Counted from the stretch's first letter, positions 1-11,244 are shown. The stretch: 64,000 nucleotides of DNA from Octopus sinensis (GCF_006345805.1 NC_043005.1:80228001-80292000); one strand, 5' to 3'. The notes: generated by a model from the letters alone, not told the origin. Numbers and translations: made by a program.

Positions 1-225
1 CAATGTGAGTCACACTTTCGACCGTTTTCCCGCACATTCTGCTGAGCTCCGATGCACTTCTGTGGTATATATTCTGTTTCACTGAGTTGGTATTCAATAT
101 CTTTTCCTGGGCCTCGATGATAAGGCATTCAGTATTCTTTTTTAGATCACCCTTATTGAGCCATCTCCATGGTGCTTCCTGGTCTTTTAATTTGTTGGTT
201 TCACGCTTCAAATGACCATGGACAA
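1..225 (-). mobile_element. Fragment of R4/Dong-like non-LTR retrotransposon (region leading into the CCHC zinc knuckle); continues past the window edge
   Basis: Minus strand reads HGHLKRETNKLKDQEAPWRWLNKGDLKKNTECLIIEAQEKILNTNSVKQNIYHRSASELSRMCGKTVESVTHI. This matches the 'WL..GDL..ETE.LI.AAQE..L.T...CR.C....ETV.HI' signature of RLE-type LINEs. Confidence 0.8.
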
Positions 226-260
226 TGCAATGACCACTCGAATGAGGGACAACAGAACGA

Positions 261-335
<75 letters not shown>

Positions 336-338
<3 letters not shown>

Positions 339-525
339 AAGGGAAAGTTTACGAAAATAAACAAAAGATGAAGGCAGGTGGAGTACAAACAAACAAATGT
401 ATTAGTATAGCGCTCAGGAATAGAAAAAGTATTTTACGTTTCGAGCCTACGCTCTTCGACAGAAAGATACACAGAAAAAAAAACAAGGAGAGAAAAAATG
501 CGTGTAGGAGCTAACGATCTATCAT
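336..525 (-). mobile_element. Penelope-like terminal (pLTR-type) fragment, family P1
   Basis: Reverse-complement homolog of 22005-22172. Carries an HHR-like core and abuts a (TA)n tract. Confidence 0.6.
431..466 (-). ncRNA. Minimal type I hammerhead-like motif with CUGUCGA core (A6U)
   Basis: Minus strand: cttt-CTGTCGA-a-gagc(gtag)gctc-GAA-ACGT-A-aaat. Confidence 0.5.
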
Positions 526-539
526 GGCATCCTGACTTT

Positions 540-2850
540 CATGAGTCACCAAACTACGTCCCGCGGGCCAGATCCGGCCCGACAAAGTATGCTGAAAAAA
601 AAAGCTTGCTTTTATACTGTTCCTTGCACTTTTTAGATTACGTTTGTCGTATGTATACTGAGCCAGTCACGCGCTATGTATTTCACGTGCCACAGTAATT
701 ATTACAGTATACCATGTCTGCCTCGGACTAGTCAGTTATTAGTGATTACAATTAAAATGAGTATCTGACGCCGAGGACTAAGACTGCTTTTGTTTTTTCT
801 TCACCCATCGTTATGGCTACTAAGAAGAGAAAGGTTGATGATGAATGTCGCGTTTTCAACTAAGAATGGGGAGGAAAGTACTTCTTTTGGGAAACAAACG
901 GCAGAAAGCTAGTTGCCTGATATGCAAAAAAAATGTTGCTGTTATGAAAGAGTACAATATTCGTTGTCACTACGGAGCAAAACATCTCTCAACACATTCT
1001 AAATATTCTGGACAGTTGCGGTCCGAGAAATTTGAATCTATGAAACGTAGTTTGGAATCTCAAAAGGAATTTCTTTACGAAACAGATTGTTGAAAATGAA
1101 TCTATCACTCGTGTAAGTTAGAAAATAGTGAATAAGTTAGCAGAGGGAGGAAAACCATTTACTGACGGAAACTTTATATAAGAGTGCATGATGGAAGCAG
1201 CAAATGACTTGTGTCCTGAAAAAGGTAACATATTTGGCTGTATCAGCCTTTCGGCATGTTCAGTTGAGCGGAGAATAGAACTTGGAGAGAATATACAGTT
1301 ACAGATACATGAGAAAGCTTGCACTGGATGAGTCTACTGATCGCCGTAGAACGTCACAACTTCTTGTGTTCATTTGTGGTATTAATTGCAATTTTGAGAT
1401 TATAGAAGAAATGGCATCCGTTTGCAGTAAACATGGAACAACAGTTGGAGAAGATATTTTCATAGAGGTGGAGAAAACTTTGCAAAACTATAACCTTCAG
1501 TGGAATCAGCTTCGGTGTGTTACAGTCGATGGAGGAAAATACATGGCAGGAGTGAGGAAGGGTTTTGTAGGGCAGATCCAGGCCAAGTGGGAGGAGCTTT
1601 AATTTCCGAAAGCTCTGTTTATACATCAACATTATACATCAACAAGGACACTATGGAAAATACTTAGATATTTCTTGCGTATTAAAATCGGTTACAACTG
1701 TGGTGAACTTTATTCGGAATCGTGGGCTTAATCATCGACAGTTCCAGGCTTTTCTTGAAGAAATGGATTCTAGTTTCTGTGACTTGCCTTACCATACAGA
1801 AGTGAGATGACTCAGTTGCGGTACAGTCCTGTTTCATTTTTATAAGCTCCGAAGAGAAATACATCTTTTTCTCACCGAAAAGAACAGAGCTGATCCACAG
1901 CTGTCAGATCCTGCATGGCTATCAAAGTTGTCATTTTTAGTTGACGTCTCGTCTCATACGAATGAATTAAATTTAAAACTGCAAAGAAAGACTAACCTTA
2001 TGGGTGATCTCCACAGAATTATTACAGCATTTCGGAGAATAGCTATCATTGTTTGAATCACAACTTGAAGGAAGAAACTTCTCTAATTTTTAGTGTTTTC
2101 AAGTTTTGCACAGAAAATGTTGAACATGTTAAACACGTGTTTCAGAAAAAAAATTATTCGGGTCTTAGATAAGCATGTTTCTCAAAGATTTTCAAAGCTT
2201 CACAGGATTCAAAATAAAATTATTTTGTTTGAGAATCCCTTTGGCTGTTATCTTGATAATATGCTAACTGAACTACAACTGGAGCTTATTGACTTGAAAG
2301 AGAAGCACAGAGAAGGAAAACTCATGGAATTTTATCGTTGCTTACTTGCTAATGAGTTCCGAAAATTGAAAAAAATTGCTTCAGGTAAGGCATCGGTTTT
2401 TGGAACAATTTATGTTTGTGAGCAAACTTTTTCAGAAGTTGAGTGTGAGAGGTCAATAAATCGAACAATAAACCACTGATGAACATTTGAAAGCAATTCT
2501 TATGGTTGGCTACAGCAATCATAAAGCAAATGTTGATGATATTTTGGAAGCAAAACGCCAGTTTCACAAATCTCTGTGCTGCTTACTATTTTTATATACA
2601 ATTCAGCTATGTGCGCACTTTTCCTAAAAGTTCTAACTTGGTAATATTTTGGTATTATTAAAATATGTTTATTGTTTTTATTATTTTGTGTATTTTATGT
2701 ATTGATAAATAAATAGGATGACTGTCTTATTTTTTGTGTAATTCAGTGTATTCTATATTGTACTGAACTGAACAAAATATTTATCCGGCCCGCGCTTGGC
2801 ATTCTTTTAGCTATATCTGGCCCGCTATAAAAATCTTTTGGTGACCCCTG
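540..2850 (+). mobile_element. hAT DNA transposon (Buster/SPIN/GTF2IRD2-like), near full length, decayed
   Basis: TIRs catgagtcaccaaa (540) and reverse complement caggggtcaccaaa (2850) match at 12/14. Subterminal ggcccgcg/gatccggccc motifs and internal transposase remnants are present. No 8-bp TSD is recognisable. Confidence 0.9.
813..2575 (+). pseudogene. hAT transposase pseudogene with multiple stops and frameshifts
   Basis: N-terminus MATKKRKVDDECRVFN*EW; BED finger CLICKKNVAVMKEYNIRCHYGAKH; LALDESTD; CVTVDGGKYMAG; RGLNHRQFQAFL; YHTEVR*LS; FGTIYVCEQTFS (catalytic D-D-E positions). Confidence 0.9.
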
Positions 2851-2896
2851 TTATATATAAACAGCCAATACACATATGTATCGATGTATGTATTCA

Positions 2897-2953
<57 letters not shown>

Positions 2954-3650
2954 TATATATATGTATGTATGTATATTTAAGTGTATGTATCTGTGTTTGC
3001 CCTTTTAGATGTTACAATGCCGCTACGATATTTCTCCATCTCTCTACTAAAGGCAATGCGGTTTTTTTTTTCAATTTTGACATGAAGCAAGCAAAAGTAC
3101 TTTCGCAATAAATTAGAAAATGCAAGTGGATTGAAGATGTGTGTATATATCACTCTCGTTTTTATCTTCTTTTCATTTTCGTGTGTGCATTTGTTTTTCA
3201 ATAATTATTCAGTACAGAAAACGCCTTTAAGCAAACAAACAAACATATTAGAAGAAGAAATAAACAGACGAAAATTGCCTTCAGCATATTGCACTTTCAC
3301 ACAATATTTTGCAGATTATTCTTGAAAATTACTTCGTCGCTCCGAGCTGACATTTCCATCCGCCTTTGTTGAAATATCTGCTAATTAATTGTCGAAATAA
3401 ATAGCTGTTGTTCATAAACAAACTTTAATGCATTTACTAAATAATTGACTGTATGTTTTTCACGCATTATTTTTCTCCGCATATTCACCGTTCATTAATT
3501 CAATTCCACTATGATTATAACAATTGTAGCACACTTGAAAATGCTTCTGGTGTTTCTATAGACTTTAACATTACATATAGCTTTAAGTCGACAGACGTGT
3601 ATTTAAATATACTTTCAGACACACATATGCTCGCATAAAACATGCCGTGT

Positions 3651-4067
3651 ATACTTTTCTGCTCTAGGCACAAGGCCCGAAATTTTAGGGGAGGGGGATA
3701 GTCAATTAGATAGACTCCAGTACGCAAATGGTACTTAATTTATCGACTCCGAAATTATAAAGGCAAAGTTGACCGCGGCGGAATTTAAACTTAGATCTGA
3801 ACCTCTAAGCATTTCGCCCGGCCTGCTAATTTTTCTTATTTCTTTACTACCCACAAGGGGCTAAACACAGAGGGGACAAACGAGGACAGACAACGGGATT
3901 AAGTCGATTATATCGACCAGAGTGCGTAACTGGTACTTATTCAATCGACCCCGAAAGGATGAAAGGCAAAGTCGATCTCGGCGGAATTTGAACTCAGAAC
4001 GTAACGACAGACGAAATGTCGCTAAGCATTTCGCCCAGCGTGCTAACGTCTCTGCCAGCTTCCCGCC
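3651..4067 (-). mobile_element. tRNA-derived SINE family A, dimer (T1-tailed monomer followed by T2-tailed unit)
   Basis: Reverse complement of the ggcggcgagctggcag...gagttcaaattccgccgagg...gtcgat..atcgac body with both tail types. Confidence 0.85.
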
Positions 4068-4284
4068 TTCAAAACATGCCCTGTGTAGTACAATCATTGG
4101 TTCGCTGAATGAAATTTCCCTACGGTATATATTTTGTGAAGTAATTTTGCATTCCAGGTTCAATCCTAGATAATGCCGCTTTCTTCAATTTTCTTTTTAA
4201 TGAAGTAACAATGAAATCGAATTAGTGGACGAATTCTGTTTGTCTTATGCCAAAACAAATTCTAATTAATATACTCTTAGTGGG

Positions 4285-4655
4285 TGAGCTACTAGAATTG
4301 TTAGCGCATCAGCGAAAATGCTAATAGGCCCTTGCTCTTCATCCTAATGTGCTGTGCTCAAGTCCCGCCGAGATCAGCTTTGCTTCTCATCCTTGGAAGT
4401 ACTAGGATCGACGTCATCAAATAACCATCTCCTGCCTAAGTTTCAGCTATTGTAAAGATTTCAAATGTTATCACATGGCCAACAATGTCGGAACTGAGTC
4501 GATTACATTCGATCCCGTTGCTTAACGGACACTTCTTTCATCGACCTCGAAGATTGAAATGTAAAGTCGACCTCGGCAGAATTTGAACTCAAATCACATA
4601 GATGGACGGAATGCCGTTCAGCAGGTTAATGATTCTGCAGGCTCACCGCCTTTGG
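4285..4655. mobile_element. Two degenerate family A SINE copies (+ at about 4285-4420, - at about 4480-4655)
   Basis: Degenerate matches to the A-family head and body. Confidence 0.55.
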
Positions 4656-4705
4656 TTATGGTATCCTTTCTATATTTGGCTACTAATATTATATGTACAA
4701 TTTAA

Positions 4706-4921
4706 GGTGTCGAGATGGCAGAAATGTTAACACACCGGGCGAACTGCTTAGTATTATTTCGTCTGTCTTTATGTTCTGAATTCAAATTCCGCCGAGGTCG
4801 ACTTTGCTTTTCGTCCTTTCGGTGTCAATAAATTAAGTACCAGTTATGTACTGGGGTCGATCAAATCGACTGGCCCCCCTCCCCCAAAATTTCGGACCTT
4901 GTGCCTAGTGTAGAAAAGAAT
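4706..4921 (+). mobile_element. SINE family A with T2 tail
   Basis: A-box-like tggcagaaatg, B-box gaattcaaattcc, tail ggcccc...aaaatttcggaccttgtgcctagtgtagaaaagaat. Confidence 0.85.
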
Positions 4922-4937
4922 ATTTGTGCGCTTGTAA

Positions 4938-5622
4938 GGCGGCGAGGTGGCAGAAATGTTAGCACGCCGGGCAAAATGCGTAGCTGTATTTCGTCTGCCG
5001 TTACGTTGTGAGTTCAAATTCCGCCGAGGTCGAATTTGCGTTTCATACTTTCGGGGTCGATAAATTAAGTACCAGTTACGCACTGGGGTCGATGTAATCG
5101 TCGTAGTCCCTTTGTCTGTCCTTGTTTGTCCCCTCCGTGTTTAGCCCCTTGTGAGTAGTAAAGAAATAGAAATAGATATTTCGTCTGCCGTTACGTTGTG
5201 AGTTCAAATTCCGCCGAGGTCGAATTTGCGTTTCATACTTTCGGGGTCGATAAATTAAGTACCAGTTACGCACTGGGGTCGATGTAATCGTCGTAGTCCC
5301 TTTGTCTGTCCTTGTTTGTCCCCTCCGTGTTTAGCCCCTTGTGAGTAGTAAAGAAATAGAAATAGATATTTCGTCTGCCGTTACGTTCTGAGTTCAAATT
5401 CCGCCGAAGTCGACTTTGCCTTTCATCCTTTCGGAGTCGATAAATTAAGTACCAGTTACACACTGGCGTCGATGTAATCGACTTAGTCCCTTTGTCTGTC
5501 CTCGTTTGTCCCCTCTGTGTTTAACCCCCTGTGAGTTGTAAAGAAGTAGAAATAGGCATTTCGTCTGCCGTTACGTTCTGAGTTCAAATTCCGCCGAGGT
5601 CGACTTTGCCTTTCATCCTTTC
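4938..5622 (+). mobile_element. SINE family A multimer: head plus three 190-bp body+T1 units plus a partial unit
   Basis: Units start at 4988, 5178, 5368 and about 5557. Units 1 and 2 share private variants. Confidence 0.9.
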
Positions 5623-6769
5623 GTGTTTGTATATATATATATACATATATATTTCCCTCACCGCACACCATATATATTGATGTCTTTTTTATGGCAAATT
5701 ATCTACGAAACAAATTTCATAATAATTTCCTCATTACTTTTAACCTCAAATCTCGCGATTTTCTGCTTGTTATCAAATCTAGTGAATGCCAGGTTAATTT
5801 GGATAACTCCTTGTTTTTCTTTTCTTTTTTTTTTGCTAAAATAGTTGTAAGCTAGCTAAGATTATTCAATAGAATGAACTTTCCCAGTCACAAAACTCTG
5901 GCCTCTCCCCTAAAACATAAATCACATCTAAAATATTGTTACTAGTTGCATCATAACATGTTATTTACTAAGCTAATTCGCGTGAAATCAAACGAAATGA
6001 ACTAGCGTGTCACGGCTATGGACGAAGCGCAGCTGTCAATGACAGGATATGAACCACTACTCATGCGACTGGTAGTCAGACACCCTATCTTCTCAGCCAG
6101 CTGCGACTCTCTGTCTCTCTATGTATATTCAAACAAGTATCAAATAACCGTTAGTAGCAGTTTGTGACGCCGGTTCAATAACATTAGCTTTAACTTTCGA
6201 AACAACGACAGTGGCTGCCATTTCTGCCAGGTGTTTTAAAAATACACGAGCTCATTTACATAACAATTGCTGTGACTTTCTTTGTGGTTGACATCATTTG
6301 GGAACTGTAATGAAGTGCTTCTTGACTGAATGAGATCTATTACTCTATTAATTATTTTGCAAGAAACATGACATGGAAACTTAAACGAAATATTTGCGTG
6401 TTTAACTTTCCATTTAGTCGGGTAGATCAAAGCTTGCATTCACACATATACACATTGATTATACAGACAAACGCAGAGACATATTTTAGTGACGCGTTAA
6501 CTGTTGTATTTCAGTGCTGTATTGTACTATAGAATATACTTAGAGAATCTTAGCCAATAACATACGTAATAGACAGCTGTAAACACTTCTGGATATACAG
6601 TATAGTCGTAGAGGTAGCAGCAAAACAATAAGGGTCAGACTGACTTTAACCTTTGTTGGGATATCATCAGCGACCGAATAAGCCTTGTGAAATGGCCACA
6701 GAGAGACTATTTATAAGCAAAGCATTCCTAACAGTTAAAGTGTTTCGGATACTTATGGTTTCGTCCATC

Positions 6770-7098
6770 CGTCCGTCCGTCCATCCATCCATCCATCCAT
6801 CCGTCCGTCCGTCCGTGCCTATATCCAGACATATGTGCATATGTGCATGTGTGCAAGTGTGTGTGCGTGCGCGCTCGCACGTGTGTGTACGTGCGTGCGT
6901 GTGTGTGTGCGTGTGTGTTTGTGCGTGTGTGTGTGCGTGTGTGTGTGCGTGTGTGTTTGTGCGTGTGTATGTGCGTGTGTGTGTGTGTCTGTGCGTGTGC
7001 GTGTATTTTTGTGCGTGTGTGTGCGTGTGTGTGTGCGTGTGTGTGTGTGTGTGCGTGTGTGTGTACGTGCGTGCGTGTGTGTGCGTGTGTGTGTGTGC
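6770..7098. repeat. (CCGT/CCAT)n followed by (GT/GCGT)n compound microsatellite
   Basis: Direct reading; explains ORFs 6653-7230. Confidence 0.95.
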
Positions 7099-7127
7099 AT
7101 ATTTACTCACACGCATACATATATCTT

Positions 7128-7338
7128 ATTGGTTTCAAATTTTGACACAATCTCAACAATTTCTATGGAGGGAATAAGTCAATTACATCGACCCCAGTGT
7201 TCAACTGGTACCTGTTTTATCAACCTCTAAAGTATAAAAGCTAAAGCCGACATCAGCGGAATTTGAACTCAGAACGAAAAGATAGTCGAAATGCCGCTAA
7301 GCTTTTGCCCAGTGTGCTAACGACTCTGCCACCTCGCC
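7128..7338 (-). mobile_element. SINE family A (T2-type), degenerate
   Basis: Reverse complement of the A-family body and head. Confidence 0.7.
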
Positions 7339-7553
7339 ACCATACACACATATATTATGTTAATGTTTGCTTCTTATGGCAAGGTAGATACAAAACAATT
7401 TAACATTAAACGGAAGGATTACGCAATAATTTTTGTCCAATACATGTTTATTAAACTTTCACTAGAATACGGGTGACAGTAACTTCGAATATTATTCATA
7501 TTATTTATATTATTTACATTTGACAGATACTTGTCCTCATCTTGTTTGTTGTT

Positions 7554-7599
7554 AACACAACGTTTCGGCTGATATACGCTCCAGCATTCATCAAGTGTC
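7554..7599 (-). ncRNA. Minimal type I hammerhead motif (C3U variant)
   Basis: gacac-TTGATGA-a-tgctg(gagcgtatat)cagcc-GAA-ACGT-T-gtgtt; stem I gacac/gtgtt. Confidence 0.6.
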
Positions 7600-7640
7600 T
7601 TGGGGAAATTTTGAACATAAGGTATGTTTCGATGGTATTA

Positions 7641-7643
<3 letters not shown>

Positions 7644-7698
<55 letters not shown>

Positions 7699-7723
7699 GT
7701 TATCATCATTATCATTATTATCC

Positions 7724-7761
<38 letters not shown>

Positions 7762-7862
7762 TTCATCATCATTATCATCATCATCGTCATCATTATCATC
7801 ATCATTATTATTATTATTATTATCATTATTATTATCATCAATCATCATCATCATCATCATCA

Positions 7863-7903
<41 letters not shown>
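7644..7903. repeat. (ATT)n/(ATC)n trinucleotide microsatellite
   Basis: Direct reading. Confidence 0.95.
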
Positions 7904-7907
<4 letters not shown>

Positions 7908-7978
7908 TCATTGCCCCGGAATCGAACTCGGTATCTTGGACTAGCAGCACTCACTCTTAACCACTACGCCTTATGCCC
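7903..7978 (-). promoter_or_regulatory. tRNA-derived Pol III internal promoter (A and B boxes), SINE-head-like
   Basis: Minus strand: gggcataAGGCGTAGTGGttaagagtgagtgctgctagtccaagataccGAGTTCGATTCCggggcaatgacctgaa. Confidence 0.65.
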
Positions 7979-7980
7979 AA

Positions 7981-8026
7981 GACATCTGAAGAAGGTTGGA
8001 GAGTATATCAGCCGAAACGTTGCGTT
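7981..8026 (+). ncRNA. Minimal type I hammerhead motif
   Basis: gacat-CTGAAGA-a-ggttg(gagagtatat)cagcc-GAA-ACGT-T-gcgtt; stem I partly mismatched. Confidence 0.6.
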
Positions 8027-8333
8027 AACAACGAACAAAATGAGGACAAATATATCCGTAAAATGTAAATAATGTACATAATTCCTCATCTCTTAAATAT
8101 AGAACTATAGTAACTTCGAAGATTCGGTCTGTTACCTTTCGTCAGACTGTATAAATATATCGCAACCATGGTAGCTAGTTTAATAAATTACTAGAGCACT
8201 GACAATGTTTGTTGCTAAGGTATACTGTACTATAGAATACATAGTAAATTCTTAGTCAACACAAGTAACGACCTGTGTCATGTGACACAAGTTTGACACA
8301 TTTCCCTGGTGACCATTCATCATATATGATATA

Positions 8334-8899
8334 TTGAGTTGTCCGAAAAGTTCCTGCCGATTTGTAGTAGCTTACATTTCGACTTATTTTAGAACATGGT
8401 TCAGTCCATAAAATAGGATTTGACTACACCTCCATTTAGAGCATAGTTTAAACTATCTTTTCGTGGAAGAAGATTTATGTTCCTATAACCTGTGTTAATT
8501 AGGTAACCCTTTAAAATGGAAGATAAGAAAGTTTATTTTCGGCACTTGATGCTTCGGGAACCAGACAAAAATTGCTGCAGTTCGGGTGGGATGTGTTACC
8601 CCACCATCCATATTCACCAGATATTGCTCCTTTGGATTTCCACTTATTCAGGTCTCTGCAGAATAGTCTTAATGGTAAAAATTTCAATTCCTTGGATAAC
8701 GTAAAAATATACTTTGATGAATTCTTTGCCATGAAATCACCTCAATTCTGGGAAGAGGGTATTTTCAAGTTAAAGGAAAGATGGAAACGCATTGTGCAAC
8801 AAAACGGTTCATATTTGGTTGATTAAAAATGTAATGACAAGTATTTACTGACCTTTTTCTTTCCTTTAAAATTCGGCCCGAACTTTCCGGACAATCCAA
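8334..8899 (+). mobile_element. Internally deleted mariner (Tc1/mariner, D34D type) element
   Basis: TA TSD at 8332-33 and 8900-01. TIRs ttgagttgtccgaaaagttc and gaactttccggacaatccaa. N-terminal MEDKKVYFRHLML is joined to the C-terminal GWDVLPHHPYSPDIAPLDFHLFRSLQNSL...ERWKRIVQQNGSY. Confidence 0.95.
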
Positions 8900-9748
8900 T
8901 ACATTCCCAATGTTTTTCCACCCACCAAGATACTTAAAACTTATGAAATGAAAGCTGTAGAACTTATGAAACATGGCCAACTAAGAGCTTGAAAACAAGC
9001 CCAGACATTTTGGACAAACTTATGAAAATGCTTTGGATAAGCAAAAGGTTAATGGGTATATTCAAATTTCCATTTTCATATTCGTTTATTACATTCAGAC
9101 ATTGATCTTCGTTTCTAACTGATTTGGAATTTAACTGCAAGACTCTTTTAGTGATAATTTCTCTCTATATGATGCACCTTGCCTGTTATATGCGTGCGTA
9201 GCTGACATATAGCCAGAAAAACACGCGCATACACACTTATATACTGAGAGAAAGAGAGCGAGAAGAGGAGCGATATACATCTATACGTACATACGAACAG
9301 ACAGGCTGAGACAAGACTAAAGATAAATAAGTAATTAGGGGGTGGAAAAATATTCCCAGATATAGGTATGGGAAGGAATTTTATTTCGCATTCTTTGTTT
9401 ACTTGACAACCGAGAATTGTTTAATGAAACTTTATCATTCAGTTTACATCACATTATACAAGGAAAGTTTCTAAAACGCGTTATTAAAAATGTTAACTAA
9501 CCTCTGGCTATGTAAAATATAGATAACAGTTTCTACATCGTACTCGAGTTAACACGGAAAGTGAGGGACTAAATACAGCCCTCCTGAAGTGCGTTAATTC
9601 TGGAGACTGGATAATGGATAGGTTTCTGTTTATCATTTTCTATCATTTTCTTTCAATCTTTCAATCTCTCTTAGGTAGACGTCTACGCGTACAACACGGA
9701 TACAAGACACAAAACAAACTTACAGAATATATATATCTATATATATAT

Positions 9749-9838
<90 letters not shown>

Positions 9839-10235
9839 CATATATGTTTGCATGCATGTATGTGTGTATGTTAGTATGTATATTAAAAGATGTATTATAT
9901 GCACTGACAAACTGGAACGTAGCAAAGGAGATAAGGTATATCTATACCTTATCGGAGAGAAAGAAAAAGAAAAGGGGAGAAAGAGAACGATTAAAATGGA
10001 CTTCTATCCCTTTGCTTTTATTTCTGTAGACCTCTATGTTTTCTGATAGACACGCAACCTATTGTTACCTTTCAACTCCATATTGTGTTGCGAAACTTAA
10101 GATACGATGAGAATATAGAAAACCATTTATCATCCATTTAACAGTAAAAACACATTATATAATATATACATATACCAATACTTATATATATATAATATAT
10201 ATATATATATAATATATATATATATATATAATATA

Positions 10236-10271
<36 letters not shown>

Positions 10272-10870
10272 TGTATGTATGTATGTGTATGTATGTATGT
10301 TTGTATACGCATATGTATATGTAATATCATATGTATATGTTTGAAATACAATTCTTTTCATACCCATTTAATAGAGACTTTTATTAGGATAAACTTTCGT
10401 TGTGTGTTATTAAATGGAGAAAAGAACTAAGGATTTGCTACAAGAATTTGCTTAAACAACATATCGTTTCATACACAGATTTTCTTCCTACTAATAGTTG
10501 CATTCGTGGTTTTATAATAATTCACTTGAGCTTGTGTTGCTAAACTCGGATGTATAACTCCTATCAACCGATTTTTATTCTGTTTTTTTTTTTTATACTC
10601 TCTCGTTGCTTTGACCATATTCTTCCAAGTCAGTCAATATAAGATATTGTAATTTCTGTATAAAAATACAAAAATTATAGTACCTCATAAAACTTTTTCT
10701 TTCTTTTCTATATATGACCAAAGATCAAATGATGGATGTATTTTGCATTATTTTATCAACCATTTACTGATGATTTGAAACGCAGTAAAGACAAGATTTG
10801 CTTATATTTGTATGCAATTTTTCATATAAATACAATCCACCCATCCAAATTGTTTGTAGTTTCTCTTTGG

Positions 10871-10906
<36 letters not shown>

Positions 10907-10935
10907 AGTGTGTGTGTGTGTAATCTTTATCTTCT

Positions 10936-11104
10936 ATCTTTTACTTGGTTTCAGTAATTAGTCTGCGGCCATGCTGGTGTCCGCCTTGGAAAATCTTTAC
11001 TAATTCTATCGTTTCTTCTGCCGAACCATTAAGTTACGGGGTCGTAAACACACCAGCATCAGTTCTCAGGCGGTGGTGGAGAAAAAACAAAGACACCCTT
11101 CCCC

Positions 11105-11176
<72 letters not shown>

Positions 11177-11196
11177 CTATCTCTCTCTCTCTCTCA

Positions 11197-11244
<48 letters not shown>

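Larger units (their letters stand above)
7490..8108 (-). mobile_element. Composite non-autonomous element: tRNA-like head, (AAT/GAT)n, HHR-bearing Penelope-like tail, plus an inverted tail copy; 12-bp TSD
   Basis: TSD agtaacttcgaa at 7478-7489 and 8109-8120. Inverted arms at about 7500-7605 and 7976-8075. tRNA-like head at 7903-7978. Confidence 0.75.

Noticed and set aside
4988-5622. 190-bp tandem array resembling CRISPR or satellite DNA
   Set aside because: There are no unique spacers; the units are SINE bodies in a eukaryotic context.
3861-5671. Recurrent ORFs such as [28 protein letters not shown] and LAETLARWAKCLA
   Set aside because: These are open frames within SINE family A copies and are non-coding.
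5950-6440. Unique-looking, moderately GC-rich stretch (possible promoter or conserved element)
   Set aside because: No ORF, splice pair or diagnostic motif that I can support without alignments.
10040-10100. ctgataga..gcaac..gttgc-GAAACTTAAG HHR-like relic
   Set aside because: The core and stem I are too degraded to call; it was not counted.
10763-10790. CTGATGA-ttt-GAAAC minimal hammerhead-like string
   Set aside because: Stem I cannot form next to a valid cleavage triplet, so it is probably chance.
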